Assembly: GCA_052327205.1 (NCBI GenBank)
Contig: CM126222.1
Coordinates: 63,302,001 to 63,366,000, forward strand
Direction: 5' to 3'
Origin: Somniosus microcephalus
Taxonomy: Eukaryota
Length of the DNA stretch: 64,000 nucleotides
Part shown: positions 1 to 12,956 of the stretch, piece by piece
How the letters are laid out: the number at the start of each line of letters is the position of its first letter
Position numbering within the stretch: position 1 is the stretch's first letter
Made by a program: the position numbers and the translations under genes
The notes under the pieces: generated by a model
The model's input: the letters and a program-made list of their open reading frames with translations, nothing else
The model's database searches: none
Told to the model about the DNA's origin: nothing

Positions 1-254
1 GACCAGAACCTCTTGCAGCTGATAGGTTGGATGGCCTCCTTCTTGGCCTCTGACCATGTCACAAGGAGGAACATAATAGCAGTCCAGCAACAACATTCCC
101 TATGATTTGTCTTTTGGTATACTAAGTCAAAAGGTTCACCATTATTAATTTTTTCACCTATAAGACGCAAGAAATGTTATTTATCCTCAAAAATAGTTGC
201 ATTGATAATCATGAAATTTGGTTTAAAATTCATGCATGAATACTTCTTTCACAG

Positions 255-326
255 GACAAAGAACCCAGGGGAATTATTCCACTTGAAAACCTCAGCATCC
301 GAGAAGTAGAGGACTCGAAAAAGCCA
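255..326 (+). CDS. CYTH1: Cytohesin-1 internal exon (PH domain), [24 protein letters not shown]
   Basis: Acceptor ttctttcacag and donor gtgagt flank 72 nt that translate to the cytohesin PH-domain peptide. Earlier exons lie upstream of the window. Confidence 0.96.
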
Positions 327-1559
327 GTGAGTTAATCAGAAATTCTAACATTAGAAATAATGTTTTTTCTTGTCTATATTTTAACTCTTATCAGATTTCT
401 ATGTTAAATTAGTTATTCCTACAAAGTATTCTCTGATGTGTCAGTGTTCAACAGAAGCAAATTTGTGTAAATTGTTTGGAGGATCTGAGCTATAAGCAAA
501 ACATGGCTAATGCTGTAGCAAAGAAATTGCCTTTAAAAAAAAAAAAAAAAATCTTTCAACAGCATATATAGAATGAAATACTGCAGTTTGTTTTTTAAGT
601 GTCCTCTTTGAAAGGGAGAAGTCACTATTCTTCACAAGGTAGTTTGCCTCCATTGAAACCTCAATCAGTGTTCAGGGTTTAATCCTCTATGATTATTACC
701 ACCGGTTACCCGGTTGACTGGCACTTGTAATAAGACAAAACAATCAATATAATCTTTTCACCCCCTCCCTCCACAAAGTAGTTTCATTGTGGACACAAAA
801 CAAAAATTACGTCCATGGAACCATGCTGCTGAGAGGTAGAATTATAAACATCTGAGCACATGGATTTGATCAGATTAAGTCACTGGAGCTGACATGGCAT
901 TGAAGAAAACTACCATTTTCAGCACAGAATTTTAGATGATTAGAACAATGATAGAAAATATTGTTTGCTTGAAGGTAAGGTAGATTTGCAAACTTATCTT
1001 TGAAATATAGCATAATTTTTATTTTAAAACTTTAAAAAAAATGTCACGCCAAAAAAAAATTCAAAAAATTTTGTTTAACTTGTATATGGAGTGTCCCAAA
1101 CAGCCCTAAAATCCTGGCCAAGTGTTTGTGTCACTCCCAATTACGGTATGTGAATTTGAGTGCCAGGCTATCCTCGGGCGAGGCTGGCTGAAGATGGTAC
1201 TGGTGCTGGAACACCAGGCTACTGAGGTAATAACTTAAAGATAGTGACGTTTTTGGATTTCTATACTGGCCCGATTCCTTGCCTATATTGTTAACACAAA
1301 TATATATCAAGTTAACATACTTGTCAACCTAGAAAACTAGCCAATGTTGACATGCAGCTTTAAAAAGGTTGACACAGCCCCAAACAGCTGACACTTCCCC
1401 TCTCATCCTACCCCAAGTGCTATACTCATTTGATTGCTCCTCTTCTCCCTTTGCCCGCAAGCGGCACTCTCGAGCTCCTACCTGCAACTAGTGAAAGTAG
1501 AGAAAGATGCGGGTTCAGGGCTAGGGCAGGGGGGAACCTTCGAGGAAATTTGGCCTGGT

Positions 1560-2310
1560 GGGCTAGGGGAAGGGAGGGACACAGCAGAGGCAGCTGAACA
1601 GATAGTCTCAATCTTAGTGACAAAGAGATCCATGAGCTCCTCGCACTTGTTGTTGGAGGTGAGGGTGAAAGAGACAGGGGAGAAGGGTTTAAGAAGATGG
1701 TTTGCAGCAGCGAAAAGAAGCCAGGGTTATCTTTGCATTCCAGGATGATCCTGGAATAGTGAGAAGTTTTAGCAGAGGCGAGCAGGACCTGATGATGCTT
1801 TATGTGGTCCAGCAGATCTGGCGCTGAATGGCTAAACCAATTTTCCGCCATATATGTTCAAGTCTGAGTCCTTGGATTTAAGGGAGCGGAGATGAGGGCC
1901 ATACCAGGGGGAATGCCCAGTGTGAGAGAGAGTAATTGTTTTAATGGAGACTAGGTGGAGGTGAGGGTATGAGTAGCTGCAGAAATGTCATGGTGGATGG
2001 AGGGCCAAAGGCTAGACAGTTGGGATTTTGAAAGTGCAGTTGTAATTGAATTGGGAGAGAGTTTTTTTTCAGGGGCGGACACAGAAGGTAGATGGGGGAT
2101 GTGGGAGCAATACAAGGAAATATTCGGAGATGGTCTTATCTCTGATTGACATGATGGGAATAGTGAGGCCACGTGAGATGGGAAGGTCAATGGGGTGATC
2201 GTGAATATGGGTAGGGGAGTTTATATGGAGGGGAGGGTAGGAGGGCTGTGAACTCAGAGGAGAGAGAGGATGAAATGTTGCTTGGTGGAGAGGCTGAGGG
2301 AAGAAAGCAG
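1560..2310 (-). mobile_element. L2 LINE ORF2 fragment, degenerate
   Basis: Minus-strand peptides LDHIKHHQVLLASAKTSHYSRIILECKDNP and NNKCEELMDLFVTKIETI resemble the L2 EN-RT linker; frameshifted; boundaries approximate. Confidence 0.65.
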
Positions 2311-2409
2311 TGAAGATACCTCGGTTACAGTTGACATCTGAATTAATTCTGCTCCTATATTGAAAAATGCACAATAAAATCATAAAACTGTTGATAATTG
2401 TAGACTAAA

Positions 2410-2520
2410 AAGCAAAATCTGAAACAAAACCAGAGAATGGTGGAAACACAAGGCAGGTCAGTCAGCATCAGTGAAGAGAACAGTAAGTTATCTTTTTGGG
2501 TGTACAACCTTCATTACAAT
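2410..2520 (-). mobile_element. Degenerate Penelope terminal (pLTR) fragment
   Basis: Similar to the motif aaaacagaaaatgctggaaatactcagcaggtcaggcagcatc seen at 16765 and 18275. Confidence 0.45.
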
Positions 2521-2696
2521 GATTATAGGTTGTTTAAATTATAGTTGATTGTTACAATTCAAAGCATATTTCAATAAGATAGAAAAATACAGAGAATCCT
2601 TTTTAAATAGTACAAAAATGTGATATATTAAAAGCAGATTTGTTAGTTTTACAGTTCCTTAGTAATGGTGTATAATCCTTATTTTTTTAATTTCAG

Positions 2697-2851
2697 AATT
2701 GCTTTGAGCTCTACATTCCGGATAACAAAGACCAGTTTATTAAGGCCTGCAAGACTGAGGCTGATGGGCGAGTGGTAGAAGGAAGTCATACAGTTTACAG
2801 GATATCTGCACCAACCCCAGAGGAGAAAGATGAATGGATAAAGTGCATCAA
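2697..2851 (+). CDS. CYTH1: Cytohesin-1 penultimate exon, [51 protein letters not shown](K)
   Basis: tttcag acceptor, gtgagc donor, 155 nt in frame with the neighbouring exons; classic cytohesin PH C-terminal half. Confidence 0.96.
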
Positions 2852-5418
2852 GTGAGCAAATAATTATATGTATACTTCAAAATATAGAAACTGACAATGT
2901 AGCTTCTCATATTTTTACAAAACATTGGACTTGTGGAAATGGGGGTACAATGTTTGCAGAAACTATTTGTCCATTAGCAGTTTGCGGTCTGCACAGAGCA
3001 GGATTAAACGGAGTGGACTTGAACAGTGTGTTTTATTTGGGAATTTGGAAAGAGTGGGAATTTGGAGAAGAGGGGGAAGGAGTTGTTGCTTTTTGCCTAC
3101 ACTACTTGTAGTGCTTTGTGTTACAGGTAGATATTTAATTTCAGTACCCTTAACTTAAGCTAGATCAAGTAAGTAGTCAAGAAACTACACTGTAAACTAA
3201 GTTACCTAAATACAAATTTAATTAAATTTAATTAAATAAAACAAGGTCATATAGAGATGGCAGTGCAGGTGGTGTGCCGCAACTGCAGCATGTGGGAGTT
3301 TGTGGAGAGCATTGTGATCCCGGACAACCACATTTGCAGTAAGTGCCTGCAGCTTGAGGAACTTCAGCTCAGACTCTTTGAGCTGGAGTCTGAGTTGCAG
3401 ACATTGCGGGGCATCAGGGATGGGGAGAGTTACCTGGACACTGTGATCCAGGAGGCACTCACACCCCTTGGGTTAGGTAGCGGTACAGGTCTGGTTAGTG
3501 GTCAGTGACAGGAGGGTATGACTGCAACTCAGGCAGGTAAGGGGACCCCAGATGCAGTGCTGGAGGCGCCTCAGCCTTTGCCCTTGTCCAACAGGTATGA
3601 GGTTCTTGCTGCCTGTGTGGATGAGGGAAAAGCCTGCAGGATGGATGAGCAAGCTGACCTTGGCACCATGGTGCAGGAGACCATTCAAGTGGGGGGAGTG
3701 AAAGGGAATGTAGTTGTGGTTGGGGACAGCATAGTCAGGAGAATAGATACTGTTCTCTGCAGCCACGACCGAGAGTTCCGAAGGCTGTGTTGCCTGCCCG
3801 GTGCCAGGGTTAAAGACATCTCCACGCAGCTGGAGAAGAACTTGGAGTGGGAGGGGAAGGATCCAGTTGTCGTGGTCCACGTAGGAACCAACGACATAGG
3901 TAGAACTAGGAATGAGGTTCTGCTGAGGGAGTTTGAGGAGCTAGGATCCAAATTAAAAAGCAGAACCTCAAAGATAATAATCTCTGGATTGTTAACTGAA
4001 CCACGCGCAAATTGGCTTAGGGACAAACAGATTAGAGGTTTTAAATGCGTGGCTCAAAGAGGGGTGTGGGAGGAAGGGGTTTCAGTTCATGGGGCACTGG
4101 CACCAGTACTGGGAAAGAGGGAGCTGTTCTGTTGGGATGGGATCCACTTAAACCGGGCTGGGACCAGTGTCCTGGCGAACTGAATAACTAGGGCAGTAGA
4201 CAGGGCTTTAAACTAATGAAGCGGGGGGGAGGATTCAGGAAAGAGTAAATTTAAAAGCAGCGAGAGAAATGTCTAGGCTCTAGAGCAGAGTAGAGTTTTG
4301 GGTAAAAATAAGCAGAATGGGTCAGGAATTGACAGAGAGAGTAACAAAGGTAATAGGGCATCAGTGACTAAGGTGACATCAGGGAAAAATAGAAATAAGT
4401 CAAAGCTAAAGGCACTGTATCTGAATGCGCGAAGCATTCGCAACAAAATAGATGAATTAATAGCGCAGATAGAAATTAATAGGTTTGATCTAATAGCCAT
4501 AACAGAGATGTGGTTGCAAAGTGGCCAAGGTTGGGAACTAAATATTCCAGGATACTTAACTTTTAGAAGAGATAGGCAAAATGGATAAGGGTAGCCCTTA
4601 TAATAAAGGATGGGATAAAGAGAGTAGAGAGAAAGGATCTTAGCTCCGAAAATCAAGAAGTAGAATCAGTTGGGGTGGAGCGAAGAAACAGCAAAGGGCA
4701 AAAACCATTGGTGGGAGTTGTTTATAGGCCCCCAAACAGTAGTTGTACTGTAGGGCAGAGTTTAAATCAGGAAATCAGAGTTGCATGTAACAAGGGTATT
4801 ACAGTGATCATGGGGAACGTTAATCTACATATAGACTGGGCAAACCAAATTTGCAGTAATAGTGTGGAGGACGAATTCATGCAATGTATGCAAGATAGTT
4901 TTCTAGATCAGTATGTTGATGAACCAACTAGGGAACAGACTATTTTAGATCTAGTATTGTGCAATGAGAAAGGGTTAATTAATAATCTTGTAGTAAAGGG
5001 GCCTTTAGGGAAGAATGACCATAATATAATAGAATTTTATATTGAGTTTGAAAGTGATTTAGTTAAATCCGAAACTAGGGTCTTAAATCTAAATGAAGCA
5101 AACTATCTAGGTATGAGGGGCAAGTTGGCTGCGGTAGATTGGGAAACTACATTAAAAGATATGATGGTAGACAAGCAATGGCTAGCATTTAAAGAATTAA
5201 TACATAATTTACAACAAATATACATTCCTTTAAGGCACAAAAACCCCACAGGAAAAGTGGTCCAACCGTGGCTAACAAGAGAAGGTAAAGATAGTATTTG
5301 ATCAAAGGACGAGGCTTATAATTTTGCCAAAAAGAGTAGTAAGCCTGAGGATTGGGAGGATTTTAGAATTCAGCAAACGAGGACCAAGAAATTGATAAAG
5401 AAAGGGGAACTAGAATAT

Positions 5419-5767
5419 CACAGAATCACAGAAACCCCACAGTGCAGATAGAGGCCATTCGGCCCATCGAGCCTGCACCGACACATATCCCACCCGATCC
5501 CCGTAACCCCTACACCAACACATATCCCACTCTATCTCCGTAACCCCACGTATTTAATCCCCCTAACACTAAGGGTCAATTTATCATAGCCAATCAACCT
5601 AACCCGCACATCTTTGGACTGTGGGAGGAAACCGGAGCACCCGGAGGAAACCCACGCAAACACGGGGAGAATGTGCAAACTCCACACAGACAGTCACCTG
5701 AGGCCAGATTCGAACCCGGGTCCCTGGCGCTGTGAGGCAACAGTGCTAACCACTATGCCACCGTGCT
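5419..5767 (-). mobile_element. tRNA-derived V-SINE (HE1-like) inserted in CR1 ORF2
   Basis: Minus strand has A box tggcatagtgg, B box gttcgaatc, V-domain gtggagtttgcacattctccccgtg...ggtttcctccgggtgctccggtttcctccc and a CR1-type tail. The CR1 text gaatat|gagagtaaac resumes on either side. Confidence 0.88.
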
Positions 5768-5929
5768 GAGAGTAAACTAACAAGAGACATAAAAACAGAC
5801 TGTAAAAGCTTCTATAGGTATGTAAAAAGGAAAAGATTTGCGAATGTAAATTTGGATCCCTTACAGGCTGAGACAGGAGAAGTTATAATGGGGGATAAGG
5901 AAATGGCAGAGAAATTAAACAAATACTTT

Positions 5930-6789
5930 GGGTTGGATTTTACCAGCCCTGAGGAGGCTGGTTTGGAGGTGGGACTGCTGGGAAAATCAAAAAGAATGGG
6001 AGCGGGTCCCGAACTCGCTCCCAACCCACCTCCAACCAATATTCCAGGGAGTCGGGTCCCCAGTTTGCGCAGGGACCTAGTGGCGGGAAGAAGATTATAG
6101 CTACTTAACTGCCTGTTAACAGGTAGTTAAGAGGCAGTTATGAGACTTTTTCCCATTTTGCGACTTCTGCTGCAGGCTTCCCGACGTCGGGGAACCCCAC
6201 CAGGGTAAGTGAGGTGTGCTGTGGGTCTGTTGTAATGTTTGTGTATAGATGACAGCTGCAGAAGTGGTGTGAGGGATCCGTTGGGACACTGGTGAGTATC
6301 ACATTTAAGGAAATGTTGGGAAAGTCATTTTTAATGTGTTTAGATTTTTCTGTAGGTGACAAGCTTTGAAGTGTTTGTGTGGCCTCACCTCATTGGGAAA
6401 AGTAACATTTCGCTTCTTTACCTTCACCTGCAGCTGCCATCTGTTTTATCCTAAGGAGAGCGTCATTAGAGAGCCTGGGTGCAAGGGCTCTCCTTTGTAC
6501 AGTGATTGTCAGTGTTTGACAGCATCTCAATCCTGTCAAACACTGTCAAATCATTTGTCAAAAATAGATGGTTCATGTCCCTTTCAGAAAGCCGGCAGAT
6601 GAAGCGTTGTCAACGAATGTCATCTGACACCGGCTTTCCCTTAATCGGCCAGCAAGCCCGCAGGGCGGACTTAACAAGGCCAATCAGGGGAAAATAGCGT
6701 CTGTGCGTCGGACGTCGCTGGGGGCGGGACTAGAACCCGGAATGCAGCAGTCCCGCTCTCAACTTGTCTTGGTAAGTAAAATACAGCCC
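5930..6789. mobile_element. Non-autonomous PIF/Harbinger element (860 bp) inserted in CR1 ORF2
   Basis: TIRs GGGTTGGATTTTAC / GTAAAATACAGCCC (12/14 match). It splits the CR1 sequence aaatacttt|gtgtctgtcttc. Confidence 0.8.
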
Positions 6790-8653
6790 CATGTGTCTGT
6801 CTTCATGGAAGAAGACGCAAAAAGCTTCCTGGAAATAGTGGAGAACCAAGGCTCTAGCGAGAATGAGGAACTGAAAGAAATTAGTATTAGTAAAAAAAAT
6901 AGTACTGGAGAAACTAATGGGACTGAAAACCAATAAATCCCCTGGACCTGATGACCTATATGCTAGGGTTTTGAAAGAGGTGGCTATAGAGATAGTGGAT
7001 GCATTGGTTGTCATTTTCCAAAATTCCATAGATTCTGGAATGGTTCCCGCGGATTGGAAGGTAGCAAATGTAACCCCACTATTTAAGAAAGGAGGGAGAG
7101 AGAAAATGGGGAACTACAGACCAGTTAGCTTGACATCAGTAGTAGGGAAAATGCTAAAATCCATTATTAAGGACGTGGTAACAGAACACTTAGAAAATCA
7201 TAATAGGATTGGGCAGAGTCAACACGGATCTATGAAAGGGAAATTGTGTTTGACGAATCTGTTAGAGTTTTTTGAGGTTGTAACTAGCAGAATAGATAAG
7301 GGGGGAACCAGTAGATGTGTTGTATTTGGATTTTCAGAAGGCATTCGATAAGGTGCCACACAAGAGGTTATTAAGCAAAATTAGGGCTCATGGGATTGGG
7401 GTAATATACTAACATGGATTGAGGATTGGTTAACAGACAGAAAACAGAGAGTAGGAATAAACGGGTCATTATTGGGTTGGTAGGCTGTAACTAGTAGGGT
7501 ACCGCAAGGATCAGTGCTTAGGCCTCGGCTATTCACAATCTACATCAATGATTTGGATGAGGGGACCAAATGTAATACATCCAAGTTTGCAGATGATGCA
7601 AAGCTGGGTGGGAATGTAAGTTGTGAGGAGGATGCAAGGAGGCTTCAAGGGGATATAGACAGGCTAAGTGGGTGAGCAAGAACATGGCATACGGGATATA
7701 ATGTGGAGAAATGTGAAGTTATCCACTTTGGTAGGAAAAATAGAAAAACAGAGTATTTTTTAAATGGTGAGAGATTGGGAAATGTTGGTGTTCAGAGGGA
7801 CCTGGGTGTCCTTGTACACGAATCACTGAAAGTTAACATGCAGGTACAGCAAGCAATTAGGAAAGCAAATGGTATGTTGGCCTTTATTACAAGAGGATTT
7901 GAGTATAAGAGTAAAGACGTCTTACTGCAATTATATAGGGCCCTGGTGTGACCACACCTGGAGTATTTTGTACAGTTTTGGTCTCCTTACCTAAGGAAGG
8001 ATATACTTGCCATAGAGGGAGTGTAACAAAGGTTCACCAGACTGGTTCCTGGGATGGAGGGATTGTCCTATGAGGAGAGATTGAGTCGACTAGGCCTATA
8101 TTCTCTAAAGTTTAGAAGAATGAGAGGTGATCTCATGAAACATACAAAATTCTTACAGGGCTTGACAGGGTAGATGCAGGGAGGATGTTTCCCCTGGCTG
8201 GGGAGTCTAGAAGCAGGGGTCACAGTCTCAGAATAAGGGGTTGGCCATTTAGGACTGAGATGAGGAGACATTTCTTAACTCAGGGTGGTGAATTTTTGGA
8301 ATTCTCTACCCCAGAGGACTGTGGAGGCTCAGTCGTTGAGTATATTCAAGACAGAGATTGATAGATTTTTGATTATTAAGGGAATCAAGGGATATGGGGA
8401 TAGTGCCGGAAAGTGAAGATGAGGTAGAAGATCAGCCATGATCTTATTGAATGGCGGAGCAGGCTCGAGGGGCCAAATGGCCTACTCCTGCTCCTATTTC
8501 TTAAGTTCTTATGTTCTTAGTGTTCTGAGGATTGCTTTTATTTGAAGATAGATTAAACATTATTTGCCAATTTGTGACAGTTTCGTGCTGTAGGCCCATG
8601 CTTGCTAGGAACTTTATTGAGCCTGCCCAAACTTATTTCACATCTAGCAGCTA

Positions 8654-9040
8654 GCAGTCAGAGGAGACTTGCATCCCATCAATCTGGGTTGGATTTGAAC
8701 CCAGGCCCAAGAGATAAAAGGCCAGTGTCCAATCCACTGCACCACCTAGTTCTTTCAATTAGCAAGCTCACTCAGTGAGGCCACAGGATGGCTGGTGTGG
8801 GAAATGCAAAAAAATGTCACATTGGTGCAATAGGGAAGCTCTTCTGAGGTTGGGGCTGAGGCATATTGTTGGGGCAGAGTAGAGGGAGTTTTATTTTCCA
8901 TCTGGCTGTGCAAATATCTCACTTGAGAGAGATTGGTGCTGATACTGAATACCTGAAATAGAAAGAGTTCCATTTCTCATTTCTAACGTTCTGCATCTTG
9001 ATGAACACAAGAACAAAACTTTGGAGAGAAAAAATGTGAA
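8654..9040. mobile_element. Degenerate SINE fragments (tRNA-like head on minus, 8654-8746; SINE-body-like sequence on plus, ~8760-9040)
   Basis: Minus strand reads ggtggtgcagtgg...gggttcaaatcc (A and B boxes). Body assignment is from memory of LF-SINE-like sequence and is weak. Confidence 0.4.
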
Positions 9041-9563
9041 AAATTAAAAAAGCATCTTTTTGCTTCTTACAGATCTGTCTTGTGAAGAATTAGACAGGGG
9101 TTGGGGAATATAAATGTAAAGTCAGTCCAAAACTCTATATCATACCTAGCAGCACTCAGCTGAATGAAGGGCAAGATTTTGAAGCATCACCTCAGCACTG
9201 ACAGAAGTGAAGACTAGTGCAGAGTTATCAGCCCCAGAGCATGGGTATGTCAGCCATTGCTGGATATCTCTTACCACAAGGAACATACAGAGCTTAGGAG
9301 CATCATGGCTCCTCCTGGCTGAGGGAGCAGGGGAGTATTTAAGATTAGGAAAAATGCACAAACCTTTTGCAGCAGTTCACAACTCACAAGACAATCACAA
9401 CAGTAAAAAATATTGAACACATGCCTTTAAAGATTGAATAAAATTATTTTGGTTTTCATGTATCTTGGTGCTGGATGACTTGCTCATGCAGCTAGTTAGT
9501 TGGATGCGATACAGAAGGACTGTTACTTGTATCTGTGACTAGCCTTGTATCAGTACCAGGGAT

Positions 9564-12395
9564 CATAGAAACATAGAAGATAGGAGCAGGAGTAGGCCAT
9601 TCGGCCCTTCGAACCCGCTCCGCCATTCAATGAGATCATGGCTGATCATCCAAATTCAGTACCCTGTCCCTGCTTTCTCCCCATATCCCTTGATCCCTTT
9701 AGCCTCAAGAAATATATCCAACTCTTTCTTGAATATATTTAATGAACTGGCCTCCACCGCCCTCTGTGGCAGAGAATTCCACAGGTTCACCACTCTCTGG
9801 GTGAAGAAATTCCTCCTCATTTCAGTTCTAAATGGCTTACCCCTTATCCTTAGACTATGACCCCTGGTTCTGGACTCCCCGGCCATCCGAAACATCCTTC
9901 CTGCATCTAGTCTGTCCAGACCTGACAGAATTTTATAGGTTTCGATGAGATCCCCTCTCAATCTTCTAAACTCCAGTGAGTATAAGCCCAATCGACACAA
10001 TCTCTCCTCGTACATCATTCCTGCCATCCCAGGTATCAGCCTGGTGAATCTTCGCTGCACTCCCTCCATGGCAAGAACGTCCTTCCTCAGGTAAGGCGAC
10101 CAAAACTGCACACAATACTCAAGGTGCGGTCTCACCAAGGCCCTGTACAACTGTAGCAAGACATCCTTGTTCCTGTACTGGACCCCTCTTGCTACGAAGG
10201 CCAACATACCATTTGCCTTCTTAACCGCCTGCTGCACCTGCATGCTTACCTTCAGCGACTGGTGCACAATAACACCCAGGTCTCTTTGCACTTCCCCTTC
10301 TCCCAATCTATTGCCATTCAAATAATAATCTGCCTTCCTGTTTTTGCCACCAAAGTGGATAACCTCACATTTATCCACATTATAGTGCATTTGCCATGTT
10401 TCTGCCCAATCACCCAACCTGTCCAAATCATACTGGAGTTTCCCGACATCCTCCTCGCAGCTTACCCTCCCATCCAGCTTTGTGTCGTCTGCAAATTTGG
10501 AGATATTACATCCAATTCCCTCGTCCAGATCATTAATATATATTGTGAACAGCTGGGGTCCTAGGACCGATCCTTGCGGTACCCCACTAGTCACTGCCTG
10601 CCACTCGGAAAACGACCCGTTTATTCCAACTCTTTGCTTTCTGTCCGCCAACCAGTTCTCTATCCAAGTCAATACCTTGCCCCCAATCCCATGTGCCTTA
10701 ATTTTGCACGCTAATCTCTTATGTGGGACTTTATCGAAAGCCTTCTGAAAGTCCAAATACACCACATCCACTGGTTCTCCCTTATCTATTTTACCAATTA
10801 CATCCTCAAAAAATTCCAGTAGATTAGTCAAGCATGATTTACCTTTTGTAAATCCATGTTGACTTTGTCCGATCCTGTCACTGCTTTCCAAGTGCTCTGC
10901 TATTACATCTTTTATAATAGACTCTAGCATTTTCCCCACTACTGATGTCAGGCTTACCGGTCTATAATTCCCCGCTTTTTCTCTACCACCTTTTTTGAAT
11001 AGTGGGGTAACATTAGCTACCCTCCAATCCATGGGTACCGTTCCAGAGTCTATCGAGTTCTGGAAGATGACCAGCAATGCATCTACTATCTCTAGGGCCA
11101 TTTCCTTAAGTACCCTGGGATGTAGACCATCCGGCCCTGGGGATTTATCGGCCTTCAGTCCCATCAATTTTCCTAACACCATCTCCCTACAAATACTGAT
11201 TTCTTTCAGTTCCTCCCTTTCATCAGACCCTATGTTCCCTGGCATCTCTGGGAGGTTATTTGTGTCCTCCTTTGTGAAGACAGAACCAAAGGATGTATTT
11301 AGTTGGCCTGCCATTTCCTTGTTTCCCATTATAAATTCCCCTGATTCTGACTGCAAGGGACCTACGCTTGACTTCACCAATCTTTTTCTCTTCACATATC
11401 TATAAAAGCTTTTACAGTCAGTTTTTATGTTCCCAGCTAGCTTACTCTCATATTCTATTTTCCCTTTCTTAATTAATCCCTTTGTCCTCCTTTGTTCACT
11501 CCTAAACTGCTCCCAATCCTCAGGATTATTGCTTTTTCTAGCCAATTTATATGTCCTCTCCTTGGATCTTATGCTATCCCTAATTTCCCTTGTTAGCCAC
11601 GGTTGAGTCACCTTTTTTGTTTTATTTTTATGCCAAACTGGGATGAACAAATTCTGTAGCTCATCCATTCGGTCTTTGAATGTTTGCCATTGCCTATCCA
11701 CCGTCAACCCTTTGAGTGCCATTCCCCAATCAATCCTACCCAACTCGCTCTTCAGACCATCGTAGTTTCCTTTATTTAAATTGAGGACCCTTGTCTCTGA
11801 GTCAACTACTTCATTCTCCATCTTAATGAAGAATTCGATCATATTATGATCGCTCCGACCCAAGGGGCCTCGTACAACAAGATTGCTAATTAATCCTTTC
11901 TCGTTACATAATACCCAGTCTAAGATGGCCTGATCTCTGGTTGGTTCCTCGACATATTGGTCCAGGAAACCATCCCGTAAACACTCCAGGAATTCCTCCT
12001 CCACAGTATTGTTACTAATTTGGTTGGCCCAATCTATATGTAGATTAAAGTCACCCATGAGGACTGCTGTGCCCTTATTGCACGCTTCTTTAATTTCCCT
12101 TTTAATGCCATCCCCAACCTCTGCCTTACTGTTTGGAGGTCTATATACCACTCCCACTAATGTTTTTTTCCGCTTAGTATTTCTCAATTCTACCCATACA
12201 GATGCCACATCATCAGAGCTAATATCCTTCATTACAATTGTGTTAATCCCTTCTTTAACCAGTAATGCTACCCCACCTCCCTTTCCTTTTTGCCTATCTT
12301 TCCTGAATATCGAATACCCCTGGATGTTGAGTTCCCAGTCTTGGCCATCCTTGAGCCACGTTTCCGTAATCCCAACCAAATCATATTCGTTTGCT
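9564..12395 (-). mobile_element. 5'-truncated CR1 LINE with an uninterrupted ORF2 (9656-12403, 915 codons)
   Basis: EN motifs ITETW, MGDFN, SDHN; RT motifs PQGSVLGP, KFADD; C-terminal FFTQRVVNLWNSLP; (tttctatg)n tail. Confidence 0.96.
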
Positions 12396-12799
12396 GGAGT
12401 CACTGTGGCTCATTGTTTTGGAACATGATGCCTGCAGCTGCTTGTGCAGAGCTGTGTGATGGCATAGAACTTTTGCTGAGATTAGTTGCTGACTGACCTG
12501 TGTATGCACAGAATACTAAGCATCTGGGAGTTCCCCTAATCCCTTCCTCATAATTGTTTGTAACCATTCTCCAAGGGAATTGAAGCCAACTCCAATTTTT
12601 TCATGAATTTAATAGCAATGAGAATATTTATAATAAATGGTCCTACAGCTATATGTTACTGAGGTTGCCACTGTAATTTTCACTGGTGCTGCTTCATGTT
12701 CAGTGACAGACTGCACTGCACATAACTATTGTTCAGCCTAGTCATGCCATTGTCCAGTTACATATATTTGGAGACAATTGATTGCCCAACACAGACTGT

Positions 12800-12956
12800 G
12801 GGGATGAAATTTTCATGAGGGTTCTCCCCTACGTCCACTATAACTTTGTTGGAAAGCCGCGTAAACATCTTTTACATCGTTTTTGTGGGCTTTCTGTGGC
12901 TCTTCCGCCGAAGTTACGGTAACCGGGCGGAAAAATCCTTGCGTAAATTCAACCCC
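12800..12956. mobile_element. Harbinger-type MITE (~157 bp)
   Basis: Imperfect TIRs GGGGATGAAATTT / AAATTCAACCCC, internal partial palindrome, flanks acagac-tgt ... cat-gtattc. Confidence 0.55.

Larger units (their letters stand above)
2977..8519 (+). mobile_element. Near full-length CR1 LINE: ORF1 (zinc finger + SGNH esterase, ~3257-4216) and disrupted ORF2 (EN-RT, ~4380-8415); interrupted by a SINE and a Harbinger element
   Basis: ORF1 motifs CxxC...CxxC, GDSIVR, HVGTND, DGIHLN; ORF2 motifs YLNARSI, NYRPVSLTS, KFADD; 3' (ttcttatg)n tail; stops and frameshifts. The 5' boundary is approximate. Confidence 0.93.

Noticed and set aside
5700-5767. tRNA gene
   Set aside because: The A and B boxes belong to a SINE head followed by the V-domain and a LINE-type tail.
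10262-12428. Plus-strand ORFs of 88-139 aa antisense to CR1 ORF2
   Set aside because: Antisense shadows of the CR1 reading frame that recur in other copies; no independent evidence.
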